Assembly: GCF_006345805.1 (NCBI RefSeq)
Contig: NC_043001.1
Coordinates: 81,468,001-81,532,000, forward strand
DNA: 64,000 bases
From: Octopus sinensis
Lineage: Eukaryota
Reading direction: 5' to 3'
Made by a program: the position numbers and the translations under genes. The notes below the pieces were generated by a model. That model was not told the origin of the DNA. It searched no databases and saw nothing but the letters and a program-made list of their open reading frames with translations. Below, piece by piece: positions 12,212 to 25,100 of this stretch (its first letter is position 1; the number at the start of each line of letters is the position of its first letter).

Positions 12212-12788
12212 GCGGCGAGCTGGCAGAATCGTTAGCACGACGGGCGAAATGCTTAGCGGTATTTCGTCTGCCGTTACATTCTGAATTCAAATTCCGCCGA
12301 GGTCGACTTTGCCTTTCATCCTTTCGGGGTCGATAAATTAAGTACCAGTTACGCACTGGGGTCGATGTAATCGACTTAATCCGTGTGTCTGTTTTTGTTT
12401 GTCCCCTCTGTGTTTAGCCCCTTGTGGGTAGTAAAGAAATAGGTATTTCGTCTGTCCGCTGAAATCGACTTTGTCTTTCATCCTTTCGGGGTCGATAAAT
12501 TAAGTACCAGTTGCGTACTGGGGTCGATGTAATCGACTTAATCCGCGTGTCTGTCCTTGTTTGTCCCCTCTGTGTTCAGTCCCTTGTGGGTAGTAAAAGA
12601 AATAGGTATTTCGTCTGTCGTTACGTTCTGAGTTCAAATTCCACCGAGGTCGACTTTGCCTATCATCCTTTCGGGGTCGATTAAATAAGTACCAGTCACG
12701 CACTGGGGTTGATATAATCGACTTAATCCAATACTCTGTTCTTGTTTGTCTTCTCTGTGTGTAGCCCATTTGTGGGTAGTAAAGAAAT
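12212..12788 (+). mobile_element. SINE-A head-to-tail trimer
   Basis: Junction gtagtaaagaaataggtatttcgtctg at about 12430 and about 12600. Confidence 0.9.
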
Positions 12789-13204
12789 TGATGGTATCGA
12801 CTAATCCCCCTGCCCTTTAACATGGCTGCTCATGTACTAAAATTTCAAGCAATTATTATTTAGGTTACACGTTGATTGCAATATTTCCTGTGGATCAAGT
12901 CTTATTTTCCGTCACTCACAATAATTTCCGGTCCTACTATGATGCTCACTTAATTATCCTATTTTTAAAAGCTAGAATTTTAGAAATAATTACAGTAAAA
13001 GAAGATGTGTTAATAATAAAATTTTAAATACTGGAGGTAGCTGTGAAGATGCTGGCAGACATACAGGTAGTAACAACGGCAACAAGCAAATGGTTTCTAT
13101 GGCGATATACTGTAGCACTTTTAGTGGTTATTGTGACACAACAAGTGACTTCCAGTGACACGTCTAAAGTATGCTGGTGTACTTTCTGTAACAGGCATTT
13201 ATCA

Positions 13205-13675
13205 AGGAGGAGAAGGGGGAGAAAGAAGAAGAAGAGGAGAGGAAGGAAGGAAGGAAGGAAGAAGAAGAAGAAGAAGGCAAAGAAGAGGAAAAAGAAAAGG
13301 AGAAAAAAGAAGAGGTATAGGAAGAAGAGGAGGAGAAGGAGAAAGAAGAAGAGAAAGAAGAAGTGGAGGGGAAGGAGGAGGAAGAAGAAGAAGAAAAAGA
13401 AGAGGAGAAAGAAGAAAAGGAGAAAGAAGGCAAAGAGGAGGAAGAAGAAAAGGAGAAAAAGACAAGGAGTAGGAAGAAGGGGAGGAGAAGGAGAAAGAAG
13501 AAGTGGAGGGGAAGGAGGAGGAAGGAAGAAGAAAAAGAAGAGGAGAAAGAAGAAAAGGAGAAAGAAGCAAAGAGGAGGAAGAAGAAAAGGAGAAAGGAGA
13601 AGAGAAGGGGAGAAGGAAGAAGGGTAGAAGAAAGAAGAGGAAAGGAGAAAGAAGAGGAGAAAAAGAGGAGGTGAG
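13205..13675 (+). repeat. Polypurine (GAA/GGA-rich) low-complexity tract with internal duplication
   Basis: Almost pyrimidine-free 470 bp. Confidence 0.95.
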
Positions 13676-13854
13676 GGGTACGTCCTTCATGTGGCGAGGT
13701 TTACTCCAAAACGCAATTAACTAGTGATTGAATATTGTTAAAAATTTTAATTAAAATTTCTTATGCAGCTTTGTGTAAGAAAGTTGCTTCCCGACTACAT
13801 GGTTCTGGGTTCAGTCCTACTACATGGCACCTGAGGCAAGTGTCTTCCACCCGT

Positions 13855-14244
13855 TGTTATTATGCAAAAGTGCCGTAAATCCAAAACGTTTTTTTTTTCA
13901 GAAAACGGAAAAATAGTTTCACCATTCCATTTCTTTTTTACATTAACAACAGTTTCAGCTTAACAATGATACTTTGTTGAGTGCATAAAATCGGAACTCT
14001 ATGCATGTATGGTATTTTCAGTCAGAAATATTTTTACAAAACTGTTGTATGTGGGGCTTACTACAGTTTTGAAAAATGCTAAACCGTTGTACTACAATTT
14101 GACAATTTTCATCTGAAGAAGCTGGAGATACGACAGTTTGACAAAAAGAACCGGCTATTGCAAGCAAAATTAAATATTGGGGAAAATAACAAAAAAAAAA
14201 CGCATTTGACCAAATTTGGACATACGACAATTTAACATAATAGT
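13855..14244. mobile_element. Possible MITE with ~30-bp imperfect TIRs
   Basis: tattatgcaaaagtgccgtaaatccaaa versus the reverse complement of tttggacatacgacaatttaacataata. Confidence 0.45.
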
Positions 14245-14310
14245 AAGGAACTATAGTGCTGGCCTGATCAAAGTCTTGTGAGTAGATTTAGTAGACAGAA
14301 AGAAGCTCGT

Positions 14311-14352
<42 letters not shown>

Positions 14353-14569
14353 CACACACACATACATACACATATACACACATAAGTGTATGTGTTCTAC
14401 CATCGCTTGACAACCGATGCTGGTTTGTTTACGTTCCCATAACTTAGTAATTCGGTAAAAGAGAACGATAGCATAAGTACTACACTTAAAAATAAGTAGT
14501 AAGGTAGATTTCTTTGACTAAACCCTTCAGGGCGGTGCTCCAGCGTGGCCGCAATCCAATGGGTGAAAC

Positions 14570-14623
<54 letters not shown>

Positions 14624-14989
14624 TCACACACACTTTCAGAGTTAAAAAAAGTGCCCATGGCGTAAATTTGTTTAAAGTGGATCTCAACTTACCAGAAAGT
14701 GACCTACCACACTTGATTTTTATGACTTCCTCTGCGGCATATATAGAACGAGATATGTAGGATCCACTTATGAAACTGCAATAGAATGCCACTGACTCAG
14801 TTGTAGTTTGGAGTGGCTCTTTCTGTAACATGTCCGTCGTGCATAGCCCTCTTAATCCATTGGTTTCAAGCGCTGAGATCTGTTGTAATCATCATCCGTT
14901 TGTTTTCACCAATGTGGTCTTTGGCAGTTGTTCATGCTTCACTCTTACCGCCAAGGGTGGTTCCATCAGGAGTTTAGAACTCCTGACGG

Positions 14990-15560
14990 TATCGCTCTCA
15001 GAGTTACTGGTCCACGCAAGATCCTCCAACACGACAAGGAGCGACTATTAGAGGAGAATACTGTGACCAACAACAAAGTCCTGGAAAGAGCCAATAGTCA
15101 ATGCACCGAATCGCTGATCATAAAACACCGTCTTCGATGGTCAGGACATGTAGCAAGAATGGAAAAAACAAGGATCCCACGCGAAGTCTTATTTAGGAAG
15201 CTCACTTCAAGGAAAAGACCACGGAGTTACTCTCTTCGAAGATACAAGGACCTAATCAAAACAACATTGAAAGCTGCTGGGATGGAGCCTAAATCATTTG
15301 AAACGCAAGCCCAAGACCGTACGAACTGGCAGTGTTTCATCATTATTGGAACCAAATATCTGAAGCCTCCAGAAGAGAAAACAAAGAAATCAGACAAGAG
15401 AGAAAAGTTCGACAAAATCAACCTCGTCCTCCACCAACATTACCATACGATCAATACCATCGACTCTTCTATGGAAGAATTGGTCTAATTAGTCATCAAC
15501 GCCATTACCATAAGAGAAGCGATCATCAAAAGAAACAAAATTTTCGGATTCGAGATAAAG
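14990..15560 (+). mobile_element. RTE-clade LINE 3' fragment
   Basis: VTNNKVLERA...RLRWSGHVARMEKTRIPREVLF...RRYKDLIKTTLK...AQDRTNW. Confidence 0.85.
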
Positions 15561-16129
15561 CCGACGACTATCTATAAATATACCTGTATAACATACTTAA
15601 TGCAAATACATTGCTGACAGGAAATTTACTGCGGTATTCGCCTAGGGATAACACCTCTCATAGATATGAAGTGTTTCAAAAGACAATATATATTGGAAGA
15701 AGACGAAAATCATCCAAACAGCAGTGAGCGAGAACGTCAGATGGCATTTCTTTCTGGTTGGGCATTATCAATGGCGTGTACTCACCTATTGACAAAGGCC
15801 TTTAATACTAGTTCTTTTACATGCATGAACTCACACACCCATCTACCCACCATCCATCTCTCTGTCTCTGACATGTTATAAATTTTCCGTTTCGTACTGA
15901 GTCAGTCAAAGTATGGGTAATAATCATTCATAGACAGAGAAAGAGAGTTCTGCAAATTCATGCAATATAGTGAACAGGTGCACGGTGTGCCACGTTAGGT
16001 GTCAAAGTGATCGCCGAGCAACGCGAAACGAAATGGTTTGCTCAAGAATACAGCGCATCACTTAACCCGGCGACACCCTCAATAATAGGCCATGCGCTCT
16101 CACAGGCAGGGTACACACACACACACACA

Positions 16130-16530
16130 CTCGGCATTAAAGTTGCTATGCGCTTCCGGTCACCAGGTCTGGAGAGTTGTCAAAATTGTCTGGTGCAATA
16201 TTCAGCGTGAAACCGACGGAAGCATTCTTTTCTACTCAAGGTACAAGGTCCGAAATTTTGGGGAGAGAGGCCAATCGATTAAATCGTCGCCATCACTAGT
16301 GATCACTCCAAACACCATGAAGTTGACTGGATGTTTGATTTTCATCATTCTCTGTACATGTTTTGGGAACACAGCAAGCCAACGATTGTTCTGTGTGTTC
16401 ACCATCTGTTCGTAATGGAGCTTACGGCACGAATGCCAAGAAGTACAGCATGTTGTTTCCAAATTTCTGGCAGAGTGAATTGTATCATGGTGCTGTTTTT
16501 CTCACAGATGGTGCCCAACTGACCCTACTA
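16130..16530 (-). mobile_element. Tc1/mariner (maT/DD37D-like) transposase fragment, internally deleted
   Basis: QMVNTQNNRWLA...KIKHPVNFMVFGVITSDG joined to a WP.SP-like motif. Confidence 0.75.
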
Positions 16531-16687
16531 TACTGTATAGTCGACAAAATCAGAAACAAATAATGCGCATATGCGAAATTAGAAATATAAAATGGAGACA
16601 ATTTACCCATTGCACCCTATTTATATGTGTATGTATATTTATATATACATACCTATTTATGTGTGTGTATGTGTGTGTATATATATG

Positions 16688-16721
<34 letters not shown>

Positions 16722-16780
16722 ATTATATATATATATATTATATATATATATATATATTATATATATATATATATATATAT

Positions 16781-16990
16781 CGTTAATCCAAACATGAAAA
16801 CAGAAAGAGAAAACGCAACAAGGCGAGGACGTGGAAAAAATATAGTATTATTGGAAGCTCAGGAAGGAAGGGAAGAAGGAGGGTTTTACGTTTCGAGCGG
16901 AGCTCTTCGTCAGAAAAATAGGAAAAGGAAAGATCCAGAGAAGGGAAGACGGAGGAAAAAAAACCGCCGACGGTACACAAGCGGTCACAT

Positions 16991-16991
<1 letters not shown>
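16781..16991 (-). mobile_element. 211-bp hammerhead-bearing mini-element flanked by (TA)n
   Basis: Minus strand ttt-CTGACGA-a-gagctccgctc-GAAACGTA-aaa at 16884-16916; same boundaries as the 29817-30005 copy. Confidence 0.8.
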
Positions 16992-17028
<37 letters not shown>

Positions 17029-17688
17029 TATATACACAAACACACATATTTATATTTACATACATATATGTATATATTTATATATACTTACACATTTATG
17101 TATGTGTATGTATGTATGTATGTATATGTTTTTGATGTTACAACTTCATAAACTTTCCAGACAACATGAATAATTTGTTTTTGGAACAGTGGAACTCGAA
17201 ACACATAAATCTATAAATAGTATATAAACATTGGATTGAATGACACTGTTGGGGAGAAAAAGTCAAGTGGCAGCCTTAGAATAATGGGTAACAAAGCGTA
17301 TCAAATCAGTAAAAGTTATTATGTTCAAGGGAGGCTACTCAGATTCACTTTTATACGAGTTATTTAACTTGTTTTACATCGTGTAACATTTCTTCATTTA
17401 ATCATCAGACTGCGACCATGCTGGAGCACCTACTTGAAAACCGAACGGATTTATCACAGTACTTATTCTTTGTAAGCCTAGTATCTATTCTGTCGGTCTC
17501 TTCTACAGAACCGCTAAGTTACGGAGACGTCAACACACCAACATTGGTTGTCAAGTGATGGAGGAGGGACACAAATACATACATACATACATATAAAGAT
17601 ATATATATGTTCATAGAAATGGCAAGACAACAAAAGAATAAAAGAGACCTCGATATTATATAAACAGAGGAATTTATCTGTAAATATA

Positions 17689-17848
17689 ATATGTGACAAT
17701 TATTCGGTAGGCATGATAAAATATCGAGTTTCGGATGTCGGGGCGGAAACCTACGCCGGTATCTCTTCAGTTATCGGCCCATCCCCAAAAATGTCCCGAC
17801 ATTCGAAACTCGGAGTTTTATCATGGCTACCGAATAAGTGTCACATAT
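17689..17848 (-). mobile_element. Fold-back element with a decayed type I hammerhead (17715-17775, minus strand)
   Basis: Inverted arms of about 55 bp. Minus strand: GATAA-CTGAAGA-stem II-GAAAC-tcgatatt-TTATC. The inverted arm retains GAAACTCGGAGTTTTATC. Confidence 0.6.
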
Positions 17849-17861
17849 TATATTTACAGAT

Positions 17862-17903
<42 letters not shown>

Positions 17904-17907
17904 ACAT

Positions 17908-17948
<41 letters not shown>

Positions 17949-17977
17949 CAGAGATAGAGAGCGAGAGAGAAAGAGAG

Positions 17978-18524
17978 AGACCAATAAGAAAATGGTGTGG
18001 ATCAATAGGTGGTTCATCAAATTGTAGACATTATATTATGTCTATTTATTTATTTATTTACTAAAATGACAATTATGAGAATATATATACATGTATAACA
18101 TATTATGCTTTACATATAAAATATAAAATATATTAATATATACTAGTAACTATTACAATGTTATGTTGTAATAGTTACTGGTATCTTTATATATTAACAT
18201 TTTATATCTTATATGTAAAGCATAATATGCTATACATGTATGTATATTCTTGTAATTGTCAGTTTGGTAAATAAATAAATAAATAGACATAATATAATGT
18301 CTAAAATTTGATGAACCACCTATTGATCCCCTCCATTTTCTTATTGATCTATAAATTAATGGTAAAATATCTCTTTACCTTCATCCATTTAGTACACTAG
18401 GTAATGTAATTGCAATGCAATAAAAACACTTGTGTATTAAAATAATTGGATATTCTACGAGCAGTATATTTGATAGATATTATCTCTTAGTTGGTTGGAT
18501 TCACAGCCTCTAACTTTCTTGGAG
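17978..18524. mobile_element. Family X/Y element with a ~370-bp imperfect palindrome
   Basis: Arms 17978-18158 and 18166-18350; shared agaaaatgg(a/t)g motif; distal 18405-18524 is similar to the Y segment. Confidence 0.7.
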
Positions 18525-19048
18525 TTATATATATATCTCTTTACTCTTTCACTAGTCATTTGACTGTGGCCATGCTGGAGCACCACCTTTTTTTTTTAGT
18601 CGAGCAAATCGATCCAAGGACTTATTCTTTGTAAGCCTAGTACTTATTCTATCCTAGTACTTATTCTATATATATAATATCTATATATCATATATATATA
18701 TATATATATATACATACAACACACACACATATATATTTTATAATATATACACACACACATATACATATACATATATGTATATATATACACACATACATAT
18801 ATATATATTTATTTAAACATATACATAAATATGTATGTATATATGTGTGTGTGTATGTATATCTTTATATATATATTATATATATATATATATATATTGA
18901 CGGGCTTCTTTCAGTTTTCATCTACCAAATCTACTCCCAAGCCCGAGGCTAAAGTAGAAGACATTTGCCCAAGGTGCCACGCAGTGGGACTCAACTCGGA
19001 ACCATGTGGTTGGGAAGTAAGCTTCTTACCACACAGCCACGCGCCTAA

Positions 19049-19144
<96 letters not shown>

Positions 19145-19146
<2 letters not shown>

Positions 19147-19950
19147 GAATGTTTTTATATATAATGAACGTGAAATACAGGAAGGGACGAACACGGAACA
19201 CAGACAATCATTCGAAGCCTTCAATCTTCAGTCAGACACCGAATCATCATAGCAAATTTCGGCTGTTCAATTCTGATATTTGCTCCAACTCGGCCAGCCC
19301 CAAGAAAAAAAAACTAAGCTGTAAGCATTAGATTTCTTGGTAGAAGACAGGAATGTGAACGCACAAGACGGATGTGAATACAAGAGACGAAAACGAAATT
19401 GAAAACAGTAATGAATAAACAAAATATATATAACGGTGGTTGTCATACGACTTTAGACCAAATGAGACAACAACAACAACATAGCTGGCGTAGAGAAATA
19501 ATTACCGTTTCGGTAGCGGGGACACATGTTGGTCGAGATACGAAGGCCAACAGAATGGTTTAAGAAGCAGCAGGTCGCAGGAGAGAGAGAAGAGAGACAG
19601 AGAGAGAGGGAATCAAAGAGGGTGGAAGGCAGGGGACAGAATCAGTGACCAAGAGAAAAGGAGAAAGAAGGGATTAAGGAGGATGGGAGGAAGAGGGGAG
19701 GAGGATGGGAGAGGAAGAGAGGGGAAGAATCGGAGGGCGCCAAAAAGTTTGGTGAAGAAGCAATGGCGGGTAGGAAAGACAGTGTGTATAGAAGTCGTGC
19801 AGGGTTTAAAATTGGACAAACAAACGGGGGGGTGCACGTAACGCCGCAATAATATAAGAATGAATGTTTTTATATATAATGAACGTGAAATACAGGAAGG
19901 GACGAACACGGAACACAGACAAATCATTCGAAGCCTTCAATCTTCAGTCA
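19145..19950 (-). mobile_element. ~800-bp non-coding element bounded by 90-bp direct repeats, in (TA)n
   Basis: 19145-19234 is nearly identical to 19860-19950. Confidence 0.65.
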
Positions 19951-21281
19951 TATATATATATATATTATATATATATACACGTCGAGTTTCTTTCAGTATT
20001 TTTCCAAAGTATCACACAATAGGACTGAACCCGGAGCCATGTAGGTTGACAAAAAAACTTCTTACCACAGTCACGCCTGTTGTTATTGTTTAATTGTTTT
20101 AATATCGGTAGTATTGATTGTTTTAAAAAAAAAGCTGCTTATCAAAAAATATATTTATTCCTGACGTGTGGAAGGCATATGACCCACACAAGATTGGCGT
20201 TTCGATTCCCGGGCCGGGAGCAAAACATACATTTCATGTTGCTCCAGTTTACTCAGCTGTAAAAGAGTCGCCACCCTAGGGGATCTCGGTTACCTAAACA
20301 TCGAGGAAAATGGGTAACTGGCCTGATGAGTCCTAGGGCTCGAAACAGACAGAATTATTATTATTCACCTTATTTGGAAATGCATATGTGCATGAGAAAT
20401 GTTTTTCGTTCATTCCGTATGTCCAGGTTTGGCTGTGTGATAGAAAGTTTGCTTTTTAGCCATATGATTTCGAATTCTGTACTTTAGGCAGATGGGCAAA
20501 TGCCTTGTACTATAGCTTCGGGTAGACCATGCCTTGTGAGAGGATTTAGATATATATATAAGTAAAACCGTCATTTACTTCAGCTGTTAATGTAGAGTAA
20601 CAGTTCCCGTACTCTTGTACTTTCTCTTGTTTCAGTCATTATTGGATATGGCCAAGCTGTGGCACTGCCTTGAAGAATTTTTAATCAAATGTATCGACTC
20701 TAGTAAACGATCTTTTACAGCCTGGTACTTATTCTAACAGTGTCCTTTGCCGAACCGCTAAGTTACGGGGACGTAAACACACCAGCACCGGTTGTCAAGC
20801 AGTGGTGGTGGAGGAAGAAACACACGCACACACACACACATGTATATACAGATACACGACGAGCTTCTTTCAGTTTCCGTCTACCAAACCCACTCACAAG
20901 GCTTTGGTCGGCCCGGGGTTACATAGTAGAAGACACTTGCCCATGGTGCCACGCAGTAGGACTGAACCCGGAACCATGTAGTGGTGAAGCAAGCTTCTTA
21001 CCACACAGACATGCGCCTATAAAGTTGTTAATTTTTATTCGTATACTTAACTTTCATTCTTATACTTGTTTGTCATCGGACCGCGGCCTTGCTGGGGCAC
21101 AACTTTGAAGGGTTCAGTCAAACGAATCGTTCTTAGTATCATATTCTGTCGGTTCTCTATGATCGAATATCTAAAGCTACACATAGACAAATATATATGT
21201 ACAGTTATATACAGCTATGGGTTAATTAGCATGCGTGTGTGTGTGCATGTGTGTGCGCGCACACGCGCGTGTATATATATA

Positions 21282-21316
<35 letters not shown>

Positions 21317-21392
21317 TTTCGGGGTCGATAAATAAAGTACCAGTTTCCCACTGGGGTCTTGTCCCCTCTGTTTAGCCTCTTGTGGGCAGTAA

Positions 21393-21431
<39 letters not shown>

Positions 21432-21608
21432 AACACACACACATATATATATACACATACACACATATATCAAAATAAGGAAAACACAGGTCGGTCCAGG
21501 GCTATAACAGAAAACACCTGCTTAAAGTACGCGCAGTGAGATAGCCCGAAACCTCGTGGCTGCAAATATGATAACAGCTAGGTAGGTGTCTATTTTGTAC
21601 AAATAATG

Positions 21609-21667
<59 letters not shown>

Positions 21668-21838
21668 TATATATATACAAGAACACTAGAGTATATTCCG
21701 CGATATTTAGTTCAATCAGAGATACAAACAGTAAAACTGAATAGTGTCCGATGCGTTACGTAAAGGTAAACAATTCCTTAAAATTTATCTCAGAGTAACC
21801 TCCCTTGAATTCTTCAACATAGTCATATAGTTTTGCAG

Positions 21839-22067
21839 GAGGCAAGCTGGCAGAAACGTTAGCACTCCGGGCGAAATGCGTTGCCGTATTTTGTCTGCCG
21901 TTACGTTCTGAGTTCAAATTACGCCGAGGTCGACTTGCCTTTCATCCTTTCGGGGTCGATTAAATAAGTACCAGTTACGCTCTGGGGTCGATATAATCGA
22001 CACAATCCGTTTGTCTGTCCTTGTTTGTCCTCTCTGTGTTTAGCCCCTTGTGGGTAGTAAAGAAATA
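21839..22067 (+). mobile_element. SINE-A monomer
   Basis: Full head, core and tail match. Confidence 0.9.
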
Positions 22068-22789
22068 CATATAGTTTTGCTGTGTGTTTTCGGAGACACT
22101 AGTGGTAGAAAAATGGACAAACTCCAAAGCAGCTTATAGTTATGTCTCATTGCATTTCGAGTTCAAATCCTGCCAGTGTAGTAGACTTGGCTTCGTTCTT
22201 TCGGGATCGGTGAAGCGAATAGCAATTTCCCTGTTACTTGAACCTTGTGTACAAATGGCTATTATCAAAGAAAATATTTAAAATATTTAGGCGCAGAAGT
22301 GGCTGTGTGGTAAGTAGCTTGCTTATCGACCACATGGTTCCAGGTTCAGTCCTATTGCGTGGCACCTTGGGCAAGTGTCTTCTACTATAGCTTCGGGTCG
22401 ACCAAAGCCTTGTGAGTGGATTTGGTGGACAGAAACATATATATGTATATGTTTGTGTGTCTGTGTTTGTCCACCCCACAACATCGCTTGACAACCGATG
22501 CTGGTGTGTTTACGTCCCCGTCACTTAGCGGTTCGGCAAGAGAGACCGATAGAATAAGTCCTGGAGCCTTTAAGTATTTTGTCCGGCGTGCTAACGATTC
22601 TACCAGTTCGTCGCCTTAATAATCTTTTCTACTATAGGCTCAAGGCCTGAAATTTTGGGGTAGAGGACAAGTGGATTACATCGACCCCAGTTGTCGATTG
22701 GCACTTATTGTATTGATCCCAAAACGGATGAAAGGCAAAGTCAACGTCGTCAGAAATTGAACTAGGCACGACGGTCAGGTGGTAACAGA

Positions 22790-25100
22790 TAACAGATGCA
22801 ATCTAAGCATTCGCCATCTCCGCCTGGCTCTTCAGGGCTAGTTTTGTCTCAGTCCATTTTGGGGGGAGACTAGCCATCTTGTTTGTCATATCTTCCTAGA
22901 TATTGTCCAACGAGAAGTCTAGACCAAACCAATCTCCGAACAATTTAACAGGTTCGTTCATCCAGTGCCCCACGTCCTGCTGGATAGGATGGACCTACCA
23001 CTCCTGGTGCCAACATGCAGGCCCATCAAATCCTCCTGATTAATTTTTGCTTCAGTCACTGCCTCGCAGTTCGAGTAGTGCCGATCGCCTCGATGTGTTT
23101 GGTGTATATACAAATACGGATCCTCCATATCCTAGTTCTCCCGAGTTGCCTTTCAAAACCTCCAACTTCTGCAGTATAGGCTCGAGAGTCAGTACGTACA
23201 GAAGTGGAGAGAGAGGAATCCTTGACAGACCGGGCGCATGAGACTAAACGGTTCTGTCAAGTGGCCATTTTCTTTGATCATGAGCAAATGTCGTACATTG
23301 CAGCGATCCAACTTTTGAAGGATCAGAAACCAGATGCCTTGAGGATAATCACCGTGGTCTACCTATCAAATGCTTTCGGCTGATCTGAGCCCCATCCATA
23401 CCAGGTGGTTTACTCACCCTTACTATGATGCATCGCGGGAGGTAGAGGTTGTCGCTAATATCTCTGTTTGGTACAGCGCATGTCTGTGCCTCACCAACCA
23501 GAATCTCAACGAAAAGCGTCAACCTTTTAACTCACACCTTGGTCAAAATCTACAACTCTGCATTTAACAGAGTTATGGCCCTGAAGTTGTTAAAAAATCA
23601 ACCCCCGCTCTTTCAGGATCCACACTACCTCTATTTGTTGGGCAGTTGATTTTAGCATTCTGCTGCCAGTTCCAGTAGACATCTACCAAGAGGTTTCCGA
23701 ATAAGCCTGATATATAACGATAAAGCTGAATGGGCAGACATCTAGCCTCGACGACTTCGTCGTGCAAACCGTCATCGCATCCCGTATTTTGTCAGCTGTT
23801 ATCAATGTTTCGCAGAAACCCACAACCCCAGTCGAGAGCCGTGGCAGGCCATTGAAGTAGGCGATAAAGTCCATCTCCGTTTCCAGTCTCTCATTCCACA
23901 CCAAAGAGTTGGGCAAAGTGCCACTGAAAAGCTGCACACATCTGCTTGGAATCAAGTAGCACGCGCACTTTCAAATCCATCAAAGATTAAATTGTGGATT
24001 TGTTGCTGCGTTTCACCTCCTCCACCCGAGTCCATTGAATGGCTCTTTTTCCTTCATGCCTTACAGAACGTGTCTTCGCTATGACTATGCAACCTTCGTA
24101 CTTAACATTGAAAAATAGATCAAGGGCCAATCTTACCACCAGCACATCAGTGGCGATGTCATTTTCAAGTGCCCTTTTTAAGTTACTACCTATCTCACTC
24201 TCTACTCTCGAATTCCTTCTCTATTTCCTTAGCAGACCTTATAGGTTTTAATCGAATAATCCTTTTCAGGGATAACCACCTTGGTTGTTGACGATTGCCC
24301 TCGTGAACTCCATCTTAACTAGTACCCTAGTCTGGTCTCTAAAAACTTGGCGCACCGGGAAGGACGCGTTCAGTTTCTCTTTCTCTGCAGCCAATCTAGG
24401 TCGCTCGTACAAATCACAAATTTGTGGTCTCTGTAGCCGACAATTTTGAACCGAGGATAACCTGTGCTATACCTGTCTACTAGCCTACAGATTACTGTAT
24501 CTAGATACAATTAGGGTACTTTTTATCCATGTTCACATTGGCACATGAGGGAAAATCTAGTCGGTACCTGCTAGTCAGCTAGAAATGACTGACAGGTTTG
24601 CGAGGTTCTTAATGCCCCTCTCACATTAGCTAGCCCCACACAATCTACACGTGCATCCATAATGGCGTTCCAATAATTCACTAGCACTAAAGAGAAAGAG
24701 GTCCCAAGGAAAATCCTGACTACCTGAAGAAATCCAGCTGCTCCGATCCAGTGGGGGCATGCAAGGAGACTAGTCAAAAGACCTTCACTACTGTTGTACG
24801 TGTCCAGGAAGATCAATCGTATCTCGGGGGCCTAGGCTTCTCTAGAACAGCATCGCTACTACTCCCCCTCCATTTCAGATCTAGTACGAGATGCGATTAT
24901 CAGAAAATCACCAAAAATGGGTGCCAAGGCGCATGTGTCGGAAATCCTGGTCTCATTGACGGCATCACATCCAAACTTAGCGACCTGAGGTCAGTTAGCA
25001 AGTGACTTTTTTCCAGTCTGACGTGCATATATGTTACTCTCACTTGAGGCTGGTTGAATAGGAAAGAGGTTAATTACCTGTCTGATGGTTCACGAGACCG
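22790..25100 (-). mobile_element. Decayed L1/Tx1-clade LINE ORF2 (APE endonuclease plus RT)
   Basis: Minus-strand remnants: LLTDLRSLSLDV..VNETR (APE), QTCAVPNRDISDNLYL and KAFDRVDH (RT), PVKLFGDWFG, LALKSQAEMAN; many stops and frameshifts. Confidence 0.8.

Noticed and set aside
13043-13724. K/R/E-rich ORFs resembling protamine-like or acidic proteins
   Set aside because: Polypurine tract lacks stops in several frames; compositional artefact.
17135-17400. Segments after the HHR mini-elements (also 30095-30400) weakly resembling PLE endonuclease C-termini
   Set aside because: Too decayed to call by eye; needs tBLASTn.
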